Below, one piece after another: positions 25,101 to 37,301 of a stretch of 63,495 nt of DNA. The translations under genes and the position numbers were made by a program. The stretch spans positions 1 through 63,495 of the forward strand of contig JYFJ02002069.1 of NCBI GenBank assembly GCA_000934665.2, given 5' to 3'. Origin of the DNA: Catajapyx aquilonaris (taxonomy: Eukaryota). The notes under the pieces were generated by a model that worked only from the letters and a program-made list of their open reading frames with translations, ran no database searches and was not told the origin of the DNA. Within the stretch, counting starts at the first letter, position 1. Each line of letters begins with the position of its first letter.

Positions 25101-28100
25101 CCGCAGTCCTCACTTCTTCTCCAGCACCACCAAGGGAGCACTTTCTTGCAACCCTTCCTCTGCTGGCATCAGACACTACTCCACCAAGTGATGATCTCTT
25201 CTGGTTGGCTTTATTTGTTACAACTGCAAGTGAGTCCCCACTTGCTGCAGGCATCCTGCCCGTCCTTGCCTTATTGCTGGTGCTACGAGTAGAATTGGCA
25301 GCCAATTTGCTCATTTTCCATTGGTCCATGAGGTGGTACAGGGAGGACCGGTATTCTTCCACACTCAGCCTTACATCATCACTCACTGTGGGTTCTGGGC
25401 CTGAAGGGTGCTCTGGACATGTATCATCCTCTCTTCCTTGAAACCTGAATTTTACAACAGTTGAGATAGCTTCAGTTTAGTTAATATAAAGAATCAAGGA
25501 CAGAAAATTATGCAAGTTTAATTTTATGTATTTTTATAAAAGGCAAAGTTCATTTGTTTGTCTAGGTTTGGTGACCATGCCATAAATTTGGATTTGAACA
25601 ATGTTACTATTTGGCTGCGCAAAGAACAGGTTCCACTGCTAGTCTTACATATACAGTATGCAGCGCGAAGGGAAACTCATGGACAATCACCAGGAGACTG
25701 ATAGTACTCGTAAAACGAATATAGGGATGTGCAATAGTTTTTGGCTTCAGCATTGCATAGTTAATTGCATAGTTTCATGACATCACATCAGTTCCGCCAA
25801 CTTCAAAGAAGCAAAAGTCAGCTCAGGGGCCTCCGGTTCCTTGCCTCGGTCCCCTAACACATCGTCCATGTGCAATAAGTGATCAAATCCCATTCGAGTA
25901 AGAATCCGGGTTCGACACCCATGCACTTTGTCGTTTTCACCTAATATTTTATCATCTGGCCCTCTACACTTTAAAGCCGCTGCGCTGTATGCGTTAACTA
26001 TGCAACGGCGGCCAAAACTAATTGCACATCCCTATATTAGGTTTCCGAGTACTATTATATCAGTCTACCTGGCAATTTCCTGGCCTTCACCTTGCCTTCA
26101 CCCTGTATATTATGTAGGTGGGGGCTAGCCCAGCAACACTGCTGGCTGGGTCTCAATGACATGTAGCAGTCATAACATCACGAGAGATTTGACTGTAAGC
26201 CATCAGCCTGGTGAACATCTTCTTGGCAGCCATGTTTGAAACACTGATTCCCACTGCCCATGTGCAATAGCAACAATATGGTTATGCTCTAGGCTCATCC
26301 TTTCAGCAAAGCCTGTTGAGAGGGGCAAAATTTGTGGCCACACCCTCTAATCCTATGTCACTGGTCATAGCTCATAGGTGGAAAATTTTAACAGCATTGA
26401 TAAGCATAGAGGTCTTCATGCACTCAAGACATGATCATGATGACGAAGACGTATCACCACATTGGCTGACAGTGAGTTGAGAAAACATGTCAATCCAACC
26501 ACATCTCTGGCCTGTAGTGTAACTGAACCTATTATTACATCCTGGTCCCAATAATATTTCTCAGGAGAGAAAAAGAATGAATTTACTGGGGTTAAGGCTG
26601 ACCTTGGTTCTACAGCACTTACACCAGCAGCTTACACCTGTGAGTCCTCAGATTCATTATGTCAGTACTCTCTCAATGCCACATAATTTCCTAGTTTCTA
26701 GAAACTTGATATAATTTGAGAAGCACATCCATGTGGTACATACTGAATGACATAAGGATGTGACATAGCTTCTTTCGCAGTAATCCTCTTGCATGGATTG
26801 AAGAGAAGTAACTTCTCCAGCAGATCCAGTGCATCAGGAGGTGCCCTTGGAAACATTTTGGCCAGAGCTTCACTAGATCCTTGAGCCTTGTCCAGTATGG
26901 ACAAAGCAAAGTCAGAATTCACACACTCCAAATCTGGGAAAAAATCAAATATTTTATGGCACAACACATCACTTAATTTTACTTACAGTTGATAACATGC
27001 TAATAATTTTTGTGTGTGCCAGAGATTGACACATGCATTATAAGACTACACTTGCCAGAATTTTTTTAAATACAAATAAATCCACCTCTGACAACCATTT
27101 ATTTTACCACATATCTGCAGCAATTGCTCCTGCAATAATTTTAAAAAAAATTCAAAGAAACCAAACTGGCACCTTAGCCATCTCCATCTTTCCATTTACA
27201 ATAGTACGTTACATTGTCATCTCCTCGAATTTTTTTCTTGATTATTTCATATTTATAATAGGACACTTTTATTCATGTTTTTCTTCCTGTCATGGCTGTG
27301 GCCAGTTATATGCAAAGATGATTCCATAAAATTGTAATTTGCAGAAGCCAATGCACAACAGTCACATCATAATCAGTTCCACAGTTGATGATATGTGACT
27401 CTATTGCCCGATTGCACCAATGAAATTACCGATCCGATGACTCCTAATGATTAGGAGCTATCGGATCGGTATAATTTCAGTTGGCATATGATTAGCAAAT
27501 GTGCAGCTGTTAGGAGATATCAGGCACATAACTCTACAGACAGAATTGTTGAAATAAAATGGAGCCCATACACCCTAATTCCATTCCTATGCCTGATTGC
27601 ACCAACAAAATTACCGATAAGAGAGCTCCTAACAGATCATTACGACATGTTAAATGGGCTTCTAACGATCCATTAGGAGCTATCAGATAGGCAATTTCAG
27701 TTGGTGCAATCGGGCACTAAACTTCAAAAAATGTTCACATCTCAAAACTATTCCACTGTGACTTGGATAATAATTCTACAGTAGGTAGCACATGGAACCC
27801 CCACTTTGTGATGGGGTTAAGTTCCAGCAAAACAAAGCAGAAAAATGGGAAGTTATAAAATAAGACTAAATTATAATGCACAAAGAATAATAGCAAAAGA
27901 AGTGCCTATGGCATGTTGGGCCCGCAGGTATTGCAGCAATGTGTTACTGACCTCAATTTTTTCGATCTTTTCAAATTTCCACTTTTTAATGTAATTTTGA
28001 AAAGGTTGTTAATGTGAAATGTAAATTGCACCATCCTAAAATGGGGATTATCTGTATGCAAGTATGTCTACAGTGCCCTTGAGATACATTCACCCAAAGA

Positions 28101-31100
28101 TTCACCCTAATACCAAACCAGTGCAGCAACATGCATTGATTACACCAAAGCAACTGGTGCAATACTGTCAGGTTCCTCAGAACTGACCTTGCTGCATTAC
28201 TCTGGGCTTACCAATTTTAACAGCAGCCCTGTCCCAATTTTTGAGATAATGACACATCTACTGTACATTAGTAACATGTATACCTTGTGGGCTAGGCTTA
28301 GGAATGATGTCCATAATCCTCTCAATCTGGTTGATGGTAGATGAACCAGGAAACATGGGCTTCCCGAGAAGCATTTCACCCAGAATGCAACCCAGGCTCC
28401 ACATGTCCACTCCTTTCGTGTATCTCTTACATGCGAGGAGTATCTCTGGGGCACGATACCAGCGGGTGGCCACATAATCAGTCAAACAGGGATCCACTAT
28501 GCTGCCCAAGCTGTCCACATTGTTTTCAATGGAAGTCATGGAACGAGCCAAACCGAAGTCAGCTACCTTAACGTGACAAGCTCCGTCTACGAGAATGTTG
28601 GAAGGCTGTTGGGCGAAGTAGACATGAAATCAACACTGAAAACTGTAATCAATTGCTGCAGAACACTGCCATAATACTGTATATCTACATTTAGAAAAAA
28701 ACTACAATTTTTGAGGCCCTTGTGTTATAAAACAGATAGATATTTTGGTTCCAATGTTCTGAATACAGAATAAAATAAAGGTAAAAACCTACGAATCCAG
28801 TCTTTACTCATTGATATGGATGAATGCAATATGAGGCTTGGAAAGATGTGGAAGTTGTTATATACCATAAATTTGACGGAAGGTAACTCAGTAATGATTA
28901 TATACAAAGCATGACAAGTACATGTCTTCCTGAGCATCTTATTGCACTCGATTGTCATGCTGGGTCATCTGGACTGCTGCATTCACAGATGGCAGTGGAT
29001 AGAACCTGTGTTATGCCTCAGGAAAGAGAATAACAATGACTCACCTTGTGATCCCTATGTATAACGTTGGCTTTGTGCATGTAGTTAGTTGCACGTAGCA
29101 GTTGATACATAACATACCGCCGGTGTGGGTCCTTCAGGACAGTGCCTTGTTTTATTATGTTGTGCAAGTCCGTGTCTAAAAATAGTTACTTAAATCATGC
29201 AAAAGAACACATTTGTAATATGCTTTACACAAATAAAGCTATTGAGGAATACAGACCTATATATTCCAAGACCAGGTAAATGTCCTTATCATTATTGGCC
29301 TTGTGCACATTGAGAAGCTTGACAATGTTTGGGTGATTCCCGAATTTCTGCAGAAACATTATTTCTCGGAATGTCCTCTGGGCATCAGTTTGGTTTCGGA
29401 AGGCGTCAAATATCTTCTTTACAGCCACAGTAGCTCCAGATTGCTTGTCAATTGCCTTCCAAACTATACCGTATGCCTGAAAAAATCATAATACAGGCAT
29501 AATAACTGAATGTTCTTATCATTTCATTATCAGTTAATGATCTGAAGCATAAATCAGTACCAAGCCATACCAAGTGTATACTTCAAAATAACAACACCAA
29601 TGTTTTAGTTTACAAGAAATACTTTAAAAAATCAACAAGACTTGAGTGAAATTTTCACCACACTCCTTGATTGCAATGTAACAAAATAACATGATATATC
29701 ATATGATGAAATGTGAAAAAAGGGTATAATATATTAATTTTCTCCTGCACTAGTTTTCAGATTCTTATTACAGTTTTAATTGATGAACTGGTATATTTCA
29801 TAACATTGTATGAGACACTGAGCTGATAAAGACACATAACATGAAGTAAACAATGTCTGTAACTTGTGGCACAGAAATTTTTAAATTGCTCATTACATCC
29901 AAGTGTTGCTGTTCAGGACTAAATTAACAATGGCATGGTACCATTTGAAGAATTGAATACCACAAAGTGCGATAAGAGTTTTAGGCCATTTTTCGTAAGA
30001 TTATGGTACCTACAGACTGTTGGTAGCTAACTTTTGGCTTTTTCTAAGTAATGAACAACTTCCTGTAAAAAGTTGCAGATATTGCTCACAGGTTCCTTTC
30101 CATGTCTGCAGAATGTGTATCACCTCCCTCAGTATCCAAACTCTACTTATATCATACATGTATGGATACCAGCTTATAAGCAGTTTGTATAACATATAAT
30201 ATCCTGCAATAACAATAAAAGACACTTGTTGGAATATGTCCATAACTTCTAGTGGTCAACTGTGCATCTGCCAGATCCTCTCCCACAGATTCTATACTAA
30301 ATTGGTTCTCCACATATCCCAGCAAAAAATCAAAGGGCACCATAGCTCCTCCTTTAGATTATTCCTGTTATTTTAAAAATATATATTTTCAGTTTTCCAG
30401 CATGCACAATTTTTTATGACGGGCCCATAACTTAAAGGGCCACTCTCCAAATATTAAAGCTTAACACTGTATTTTTCAAATATCACATGACCTTCAAAAA
30501 GCATGCCTTCCACAACCACAGTTGCTTTTGTTGAGGTCAGACGTGACTGTCCCCAACAGGAAGGATCTTGCCTTTTCGCTTGGGTTACAAAGCGCATTTA
30601 AATAAGAGTGACCACCACTAATTGAGAGGTAGCACGAATCAGGGCATTATCTCACATCTGTACTCAATAAATTAAGTGGGCTGACCAATGGGTCAAAATA
30701 TAATAAAAATAATCATAATTCTAAAGCTGGACTGAGGCAGTGACCCTTGTAGACATCTGAAATGCACGCAGCCTGATTTGCTGTGGAGATCGGGCCTCCA
30801 TGTTTACTATGCTTTGATTGTTGACCAGGTCACAGATGACATAACTAAGAGACCTGGATGGCTTACACGAATTGGGTACATCTCTTTTCCCCATTTCTCA
30901 ACTAAGTTAATGACATTTTTTATTGCAACACATGTCACTTTTTGTGTATTAGGGACCTTACAAACAATCGTGCTTTTCACAGTACAAAAAACATAAAAAT
31001 AATTACCCCTTTCCCAAGCCTCCTCTTGAAGTCATACTTCCTGCTCATACAGACATCAACCTCGCTGCAGACTCCATTATTGCCACTGTAGCTGCTGCTG

Positions 31101-31207
31101 CTGCTGTTGCACATTTTGGCGTGGGCAGCAGCTGAGCGGGAGGAGTGCTGATCACCCCTGTAGTCGCTTTCTCTGTCCCTCGCCATTCCACCAAGTACAT
31201 TTACCAT
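22194..31207 (-). CDS. Erk7: Atypical MAP kinase ERK7/MAPK15, ~646 aa, 8 exons
   Basis: Exons 31207-31007, 29476-29257, 29175-29045, 28605-28284, 26933-26744, 25444-25002, 24448-24213, 22391-22194; 1941 nt in frame. Motifs [48 protein letters not shown] and C-terminal [15 protein letters not shown]. The start could be a downstream in-frame ATG. Confidence 0.93.
22488..22643. mobile_element. Short PIF/Harbinger-like MITE
   Basis: TAA|GGGTGGATTGC ... GCAATCCACCC (11-bp perfect TIR), with internal GGTTTAAAC repeats. The right flank is AAA, so the TSD is imperfect. Confidence 0.55.
23197..23690. mobile_element. pogo/Tigger-like non-autonomous element
   Basis: TA|CAGTGA...CGATAACTCGAA and TTCGAGCTATCGAGATTTCACTG|TA; repeated CGATAAGTCGAA subterminal motifs. 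Confidence 0.7.
25654..26105. mobile_element. Degenerate Tc1/mariner-type MITE
   Basis: Inverted blocks GATAGTACTCG...ATATAGGGATGTGCAAT...TGCATAGTTAA and TTAACTATGCA...ATTGCACATCCCTATAT...CGAGTACTAT. Right end CACCCTG|TA. Confidence 0.7.
27405..27716. mobile_element. Two neighbouring copies (27405-~27487 and 27590-27716) of a Harbinger-like hairpin MITE
   Basis: TIR TGCC(C/T)GATTGCACCAA ... TTGGTGCAATCGGGCA; shared internal AAATTACCGAT...CTCCTAA / TTAGGAGCTATC. Confidence 0.65.
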
Positions 31208-34187
31208 ATCTAACAGGCCCTAGGTTTTTCGCAGAGCCTTCCAGTGACAGGTGACAAGCACCAGCGGCGGCATGGACGCTGATGATGACTTGCTGAAGTC
31301 CAACTGTTGCTGCAGTCGAGGCAGCCTGGCGGAACGAGTGATCTCATGAGTGGTCTGTAGTCCCGATGAGTAGTCCTCCTCCAGTTCCCCCGATGAGTGC
31401 AGTGGTCGCGTCGCGTCTGCCTGTGTAGTCGTCCGAGTCGTCCAGTCCTCCCTCAGATGTGCTGGTATAACACAACGCGTGTAATGAAATGGGGTAGTAA
31501 ATAATAAAAAAATATGCCAGCAGGTGCAAAAGTCAGGGGCGACGTGCGGGTAGACGGGACAGGGGCCCTTACACTGCGGCAAGGAGGAAAATAATCGGCC
31601 CGGGGGAAGGCTGGCCTTATTACTGGAAATCGATTTGATCGAACAAGCGGGGTCTCCATGGCCAGCAGGAGTGGCAACAGCACCATGCTCAATGCTTCTA
31701 TACCCACTCTTTACGTAATGATAGCAGTGTGGCATACAATAAACTCTGTTGTGATTACTGCTTACGTGTTTATTAATTAAATTAATAATAAATCAATGAA
31801 TTAAATAATGTTACAAAATATTGATATGAAATTCGGAAGCCATGTTTGATATAGTCTACTGCAAAAAAAAAAAACTCGCTTTTGTCTAATGGCTAGTACT
31901 GTCTATTTTTTAAAACAAACTCCCTGAATTATTTTCATTTACCGAATGCATTAGGAACGCTTCAAAGTCTTGAGCGTTGTCAATATTGGCGGTAAAATTC
32001 AGCACACAAGACACAACCTACACCAGTAATAACACAAAGCAGTAGTGGGCATTAATGAGGTAACAATTTTTTTTTTAAATTCATGTGGCATTAATATGCA
32101 GCCTTAGCTGCAAATGAACAATATTATATTGTCCTACTACAGTAGTTGCCTTACTAGCAATGTAAACCATCATTATTCTGTGTGGGTTTGCTCACCCTTT
32201 ACTAGTACAGTCAAGAGCTCTTGGTACAGTGTAATTAACCCAAGAATTAACCTGTCTATGTTGACAGTCAAGATTCCAAAATGTCCAACAGGGAGGTTTC
32301 AACAGTGCATACTGTATAAGTCCAACTTCACAGGTTTTACTGGGAATATGTATTGTACAGGGAATATGTAGGCTACCTAACCAGCACATCTTCCCTGACA
32401 CACAGTTCGGTACTTAACTGACATGTGCTCAACTCACATTTCTGCAGATCTGGGTGAATTTTAAAAAATCTTTTTGTGACACAAAAAAAAACCGTTTTGT
32501 CACATGCCTAGAGAGATAATAAAATGATAATAGTGTAGCGCCCCAGTCCTGGCATCAGGACTGCTTACTGTTAACTGCAATAATGTATTGTGTAATGGTA
32601 ACTGTCGCTATGTAACGAAGGTTTTGAGGGTTTGGTAGTTGTTTGGAGTGAGATAGTTGTTTATTGACCAGAGACAATAGAGATGTTGTAAGTACACCTG
32701 TTGTGGGGAATAGTGTAAGTGTATACAGGGTGCAGAAATTTATCGTACCACTGGTTTGAAAATTATAGAGGGGTTCTAGGTGAACATTTTAAGTATAGGC
32801 ATTATGGATGTCCACAGCATAGTTACCGACAAAATTAGCATAAAATAAATAGTGCATTATAGCACCTACATTGCAGATACAGCTTATGACACTTCTATCA
32901 CCTAGGCCATTTCCTGCTGCACTAATGGAATCGTAAATGAAAATGAAATTACATGGTAACACCTTTTTAAATGGAAAAAGTAAGGTTGCACGGAGGGATG
33001 CATACCTGCCAGGACATTTTATACCTTGTGTTTGAAGCGCATTCTCAGTAACTATGCTGCAGACACCTATGCTTAAAATGATCACCCCCTCTATCATTTC
33101 CCAAAGTGACAGTATGATAAATTCCGGCATCCTACATATCTGAGAGCTGTCAGGTGATTGTTATTCGGAATAGCTGCGTCGTCAGGGGTTGTTATGGCGT
33201 GTTCAGCGAGACACAAACCAACCCTGGACAGCAGCAGCTGCTTCAATGTGATATTTCATCATTGGTAGCGATTGGTAGGCTTCATCATCTCATTACCGGT
33301 GAAACTGTACCTTCATTTGTTGAAGTAACATACACTGAACTGATCCCAATCTTCACAAGCTTACTTGCAATGGAAGTACTGTTGCTGTCTCCTACCAGCC
33401 AATCATGTTCGATTGTTCGGGCAATAGCATAAAAATACAGTAAAGCAAGTCTTATTCATCCATGGCTGTGGATCTCAAAAACTCCTTCCTGAAAAATTTG
33501 TGAATAGGTTCTTACGTGTTGCGGAAACACTACAGTTAGTGCTTGAAAAGGCTTTCTGTCATATGTGATTTTTAATTTTTTAAATGCAATAGGCCTACAC
33601 TTTTTGTGCAATTTTCTTGCCAATTGAGGTGACCACATTTTTGAAATGGATAGTAGTCCTGACAGAGTAGCCCCATCCCTATAGGTTACCAATACAATTA
33701 ATCCATCATATTTGCTGTCTCAGTTAACCTTTAATAATAAAATCAAATTCCTATGTACAGTCTACACACGAGGTTCCTCCATGTCAGGTGAGACATAAAT
33801 TGCATAATGCTGGTTCAAAAGTTCTTGATTCTCCATATCCATCTTCATCTTGGTCCAAGAGACAAATCTCCTTCTCACCATATTTTCATAAATAACCAGA
33901 CACACAACATGAAATGACGCCCAATATGCAACAACAACTCAGGGCATTATGTAATTTATGACTAACCTTTGCTTTTCAACCTGCAATACTCTTATTACCT
34001 AAAAACTGACACTGCAGTTATCCTCTTCGTTTAGGCACCTATATTCTAAGTGGTGTTCTGTACTGAACAGATGTAACAATTAATCAGTACCATCAGTCCA
34101 AAAACAGCCTAAGGTCACAAGGTTTTTAGTCAAGTACACAGAATTCCATATCAGTACCCTGATAACTAAAGCTAGCTCTCCATAGTA

Positions 34188-34306
34188 CTATCAGTCCAAC
34201 AAGAATTGTCGCAGCGGCAGCGCACGAACTACAATCTACTAGCACAGGGACACGAGAGACTGTAGTTCGTGCGCTGCCGCTGCGACAATTCTTGTTGGAC
34301 AGCAGG
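34188..34306. mobile_element. 119-bp hairpin MITE with TA flanks
   Basis: Perfect 40-bp arms at 34194-34233 and 34261-34300 (GTCCAACAAGAATTGTCGCAGCGGCAGCGCACGAACTACA). Termini resemble those of 54145-54313. Confidence 0.75.
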
Positions 34307-34791
34307 TACCACATGGTCTTGTCTTGATCCTTACTAAATGCAATTTTTAAGGTGAAGCAAAATTGGCCTACCATAATTACATTATAACAAAACTTTTCCC
34401 AAGAGTCTGTTTTAGCCAAGTCCAATACATCATCATCTCATAGGTCACAATTAGTTTCCAAGGTGCGGACGGAATAATAACAACTCTGGTGCCTTTACAA
34501 TTGACTCACGTGTGACAAATAAAACTCTCAGGAAAAATTTGTCTCACCATGGCAGCTAATTGAAGGTGACTTTCAGACCAAATATTACACACAACATGTG
34601 AAAGTAGGATCACATTTTTTAAAATTCTACATAACCTCACAGGATTTATTACTTATTGTCAAGGCTTTTGCTGTTAAATTGTTAATACCAATATTCTTTT
34701 GCAAGTTCACATTCATTCAATGAACATATCTTAAAATCCTGTGGTCCTACTTCCACCTAATCCACAACTCCTCCCTCTCACTATCAACATA

Positions 34792-35554
34792 CGAGGGCTG
34801 TAATTTTATTAAGTTACGATGAGCTGCCAATGAAAAACAAGAGTGATGGGAATAAATTTCAGCCTTACAAAAGTTCATACATTCTTATGCTATTTTTCCA
34901 CATAGTCACCATCCTGATTGAATCACTTGTCATGACATGACACTATCATTTGTATGGTTGCCCCATAGAAGGTTGCTGCCTGGCTACTGAGCCAACCTAT
35001 CACACACTTTTTCAGGTCTCCGTTGTTTTTAAACTCACTATGCACAACTGTTGTGAACCGTAGCTTTCCTGTTACAATGTCATAAAGTGCTGACCGCAAA
35101 TTTGGGAAAATCATCAGACAGGTTCAAAATTGTCGCCCGCTGCACTCTAAACCATCTTTGTTGACTTTTCAACGACATCGTCAGTTGCAACAGATTTCCT
35201 CCTCTCGCCTTCATCATGGACATCAATTATTCATCCTTCTTGAAAATTCCGACACAGCAATGTCATTCATGCACTTTTCTTCATACACATTACACAATCG
35301 CCTATGAATTTCAGCTGCAATGTGTCCTTTTGCTTGGAGAAACCTTACAGAGCGAACATAGCATTTGGCAGGAGCATCGATTGTATTAGGGGGGTAAGAT
35401 GGTGCCACATAATGACAAGTGAGTCAATCAGGAAGGTGACTACGTGGAGTAGTAGCAGAAGGATGACTCTCACTTTTGTGAGTATTAAAATATCTCTCAT
35501 TACTCTTGTTTTTATTTCACAGCTCATTGGAACTTAATTTTAAAATAGTCATCG
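34792..35554 (-). mobile_element. Internally deleted mariner element with a transposase N-terminal pseudogene
   Basis: TA|CGAGGGCTG...AAGTT ... AACTTAATTTTAAAATAGTCATCG|TA. ORF 35408-35223(-) IDAPAKCYVRSVRFLQAKGHIAAEIHRRLCNVY is a typical mariner HTH start. Confidence 0.85.
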
Positions 35555-36678
35555 TACAAAAAACGTGTTTATTGACTAGTTAAAACTCGACTGCTGTGCT
35601 CATTTATGAAGCGATCCATCACCACAAAATACTTGCTGCTACCTAATTACTAAACTGTATTTTAGGCCACAGTAATAAACCCTAACCTGCAGTACATAGT
35701 ACTGAAAAAATGCGGAACATCTATTGTCAAAAAGGCAACACAATAATTGCTACTTTGAGATTTCAACTTGATGGGTAAATCTGCTCAATTTTTTTGTACT
35801 AATATTAGCATCAAGCAATAAGCTTACAAGGCAACTAATTAACTCCTAATTACAGGTAAATTCCACTCTATATAGGTCAATGACAAAGCAAAAAGTACAC
35901 ACAGACTACAAATGTAATGGAATATATTGAAGTTCAAAGCTGTTTCCATTAATGAGGATTGTCACTTATACTGCTTATCTCAGCACACTGACACCTTTTT
36001 GTGTTGCATTTTCAGATTTCCCATCAACAAAATGAATGTCCATTTCCAAAATTGTGGTGGTATTTTTTTCTTCTTCTGTAAGGCTTGTACCACACAGAGT
36101 GAAGGTACATTTTTAGTACTTGATTGGTTCTTCCAAATATTTCCCCCATTTCAACAACATTCCCTCAACAAAGGTGTATTTACACTGTACATAAATATAC
36201 TTTTTAACAATGTCAACATATCTCTTTATCACATATCCAATTGTTCATAGGGGATCTGCCATATCCTGTATTCCGCTTTTTTGCATTATTGTTGTTGTCT
36301 TTGTTAACTTTCATCTGTACCCGTTCTCTCCAACATTCAACAGCATTATGGAAATGTAAATCAAAATGATCCTAGTCTAATGATCTGCCTCCAGAAATTA
36401 GCAGCAAACTAAATCAGTCTTAACTAGGTTCAAAAGTTTGCATACCAGTCATTAGTGACTGTGATTAAAAATGCTGTTTCATGCTCAGATGGTCCTCCAT
36501 TATTGTGCCAACAATACACTAATCTATAATTCTAAATATATAAATGCGTGTGCTGTGCAAAGTGAATGTAATGATAATGATGGGTTGTATAAAAGTCAGC
36601 AGCTCCGTTGATCTCAGGACCTGAAAAAATATATACAACAGGATGTGATTCCTAATGGTGACGAATATATTGCTAGCC

Positions 36679-36897
36679 CTGTGGTTTCCAACCTTTTACC
36701 AACTGCGACCCCCCTAAACATATTTCCATAAATGTGCGACCCCCACCCCTCTTCCCCTCCCTCTGCCCCTTCTACAACTGCCCCCTTTCCAGAAAACATA
36801 CACTCTGCACAGCCACAAAAATTGTTCAATTGACATAGAAATAGCAAAAAAAAAAAAGTTGAACCAAGGCTCGCGACCCCCCGGTTGGAAACCACTG
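36679..36897. mobile_element. hAT (Charlie-like) MITE
   Basis: TIR C(T/A)GTGGTTTCCAACC ... GGTTGGAAACCACTG. The 8-bp flanks TGCTAGCC and TGTTAACC are a degenerate TSD with central TA. Confidence 0.75.
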
Positions 36898-37301
36898 TGT
36901 TAACCAATTACAGCATATTACATTAAATTAAACCTAAGAAGAGCCATTCCTAAATCATCAGAAAGCATCCAATTCAAAGGATCCAATTTTATACAGTACT
37001 GTACTAATATACAATGTATTCAGGTAAAAATCCAATCAACAGTGCCATTGTATCCTTTACATTTACTTTGACAGTATTCCAACAATCAGCATACTTAAGA
37101 TTTTACACAAGTTACTGTCAATTAAATATTAATTTGTTAATTTTTATCAACCACAAATTAATTTACTTATAATACTAACTTGTAAGTCACTGTTGCTGTT
37201 GTGTTTGAAAGGCTGTGGGAATATTGGACTTATTAATAGCCACTTAGGCTTGACCTCTCATACCAGTATCATTAGAAATCCTGGACTTACCTCCTCATTG
37301 G

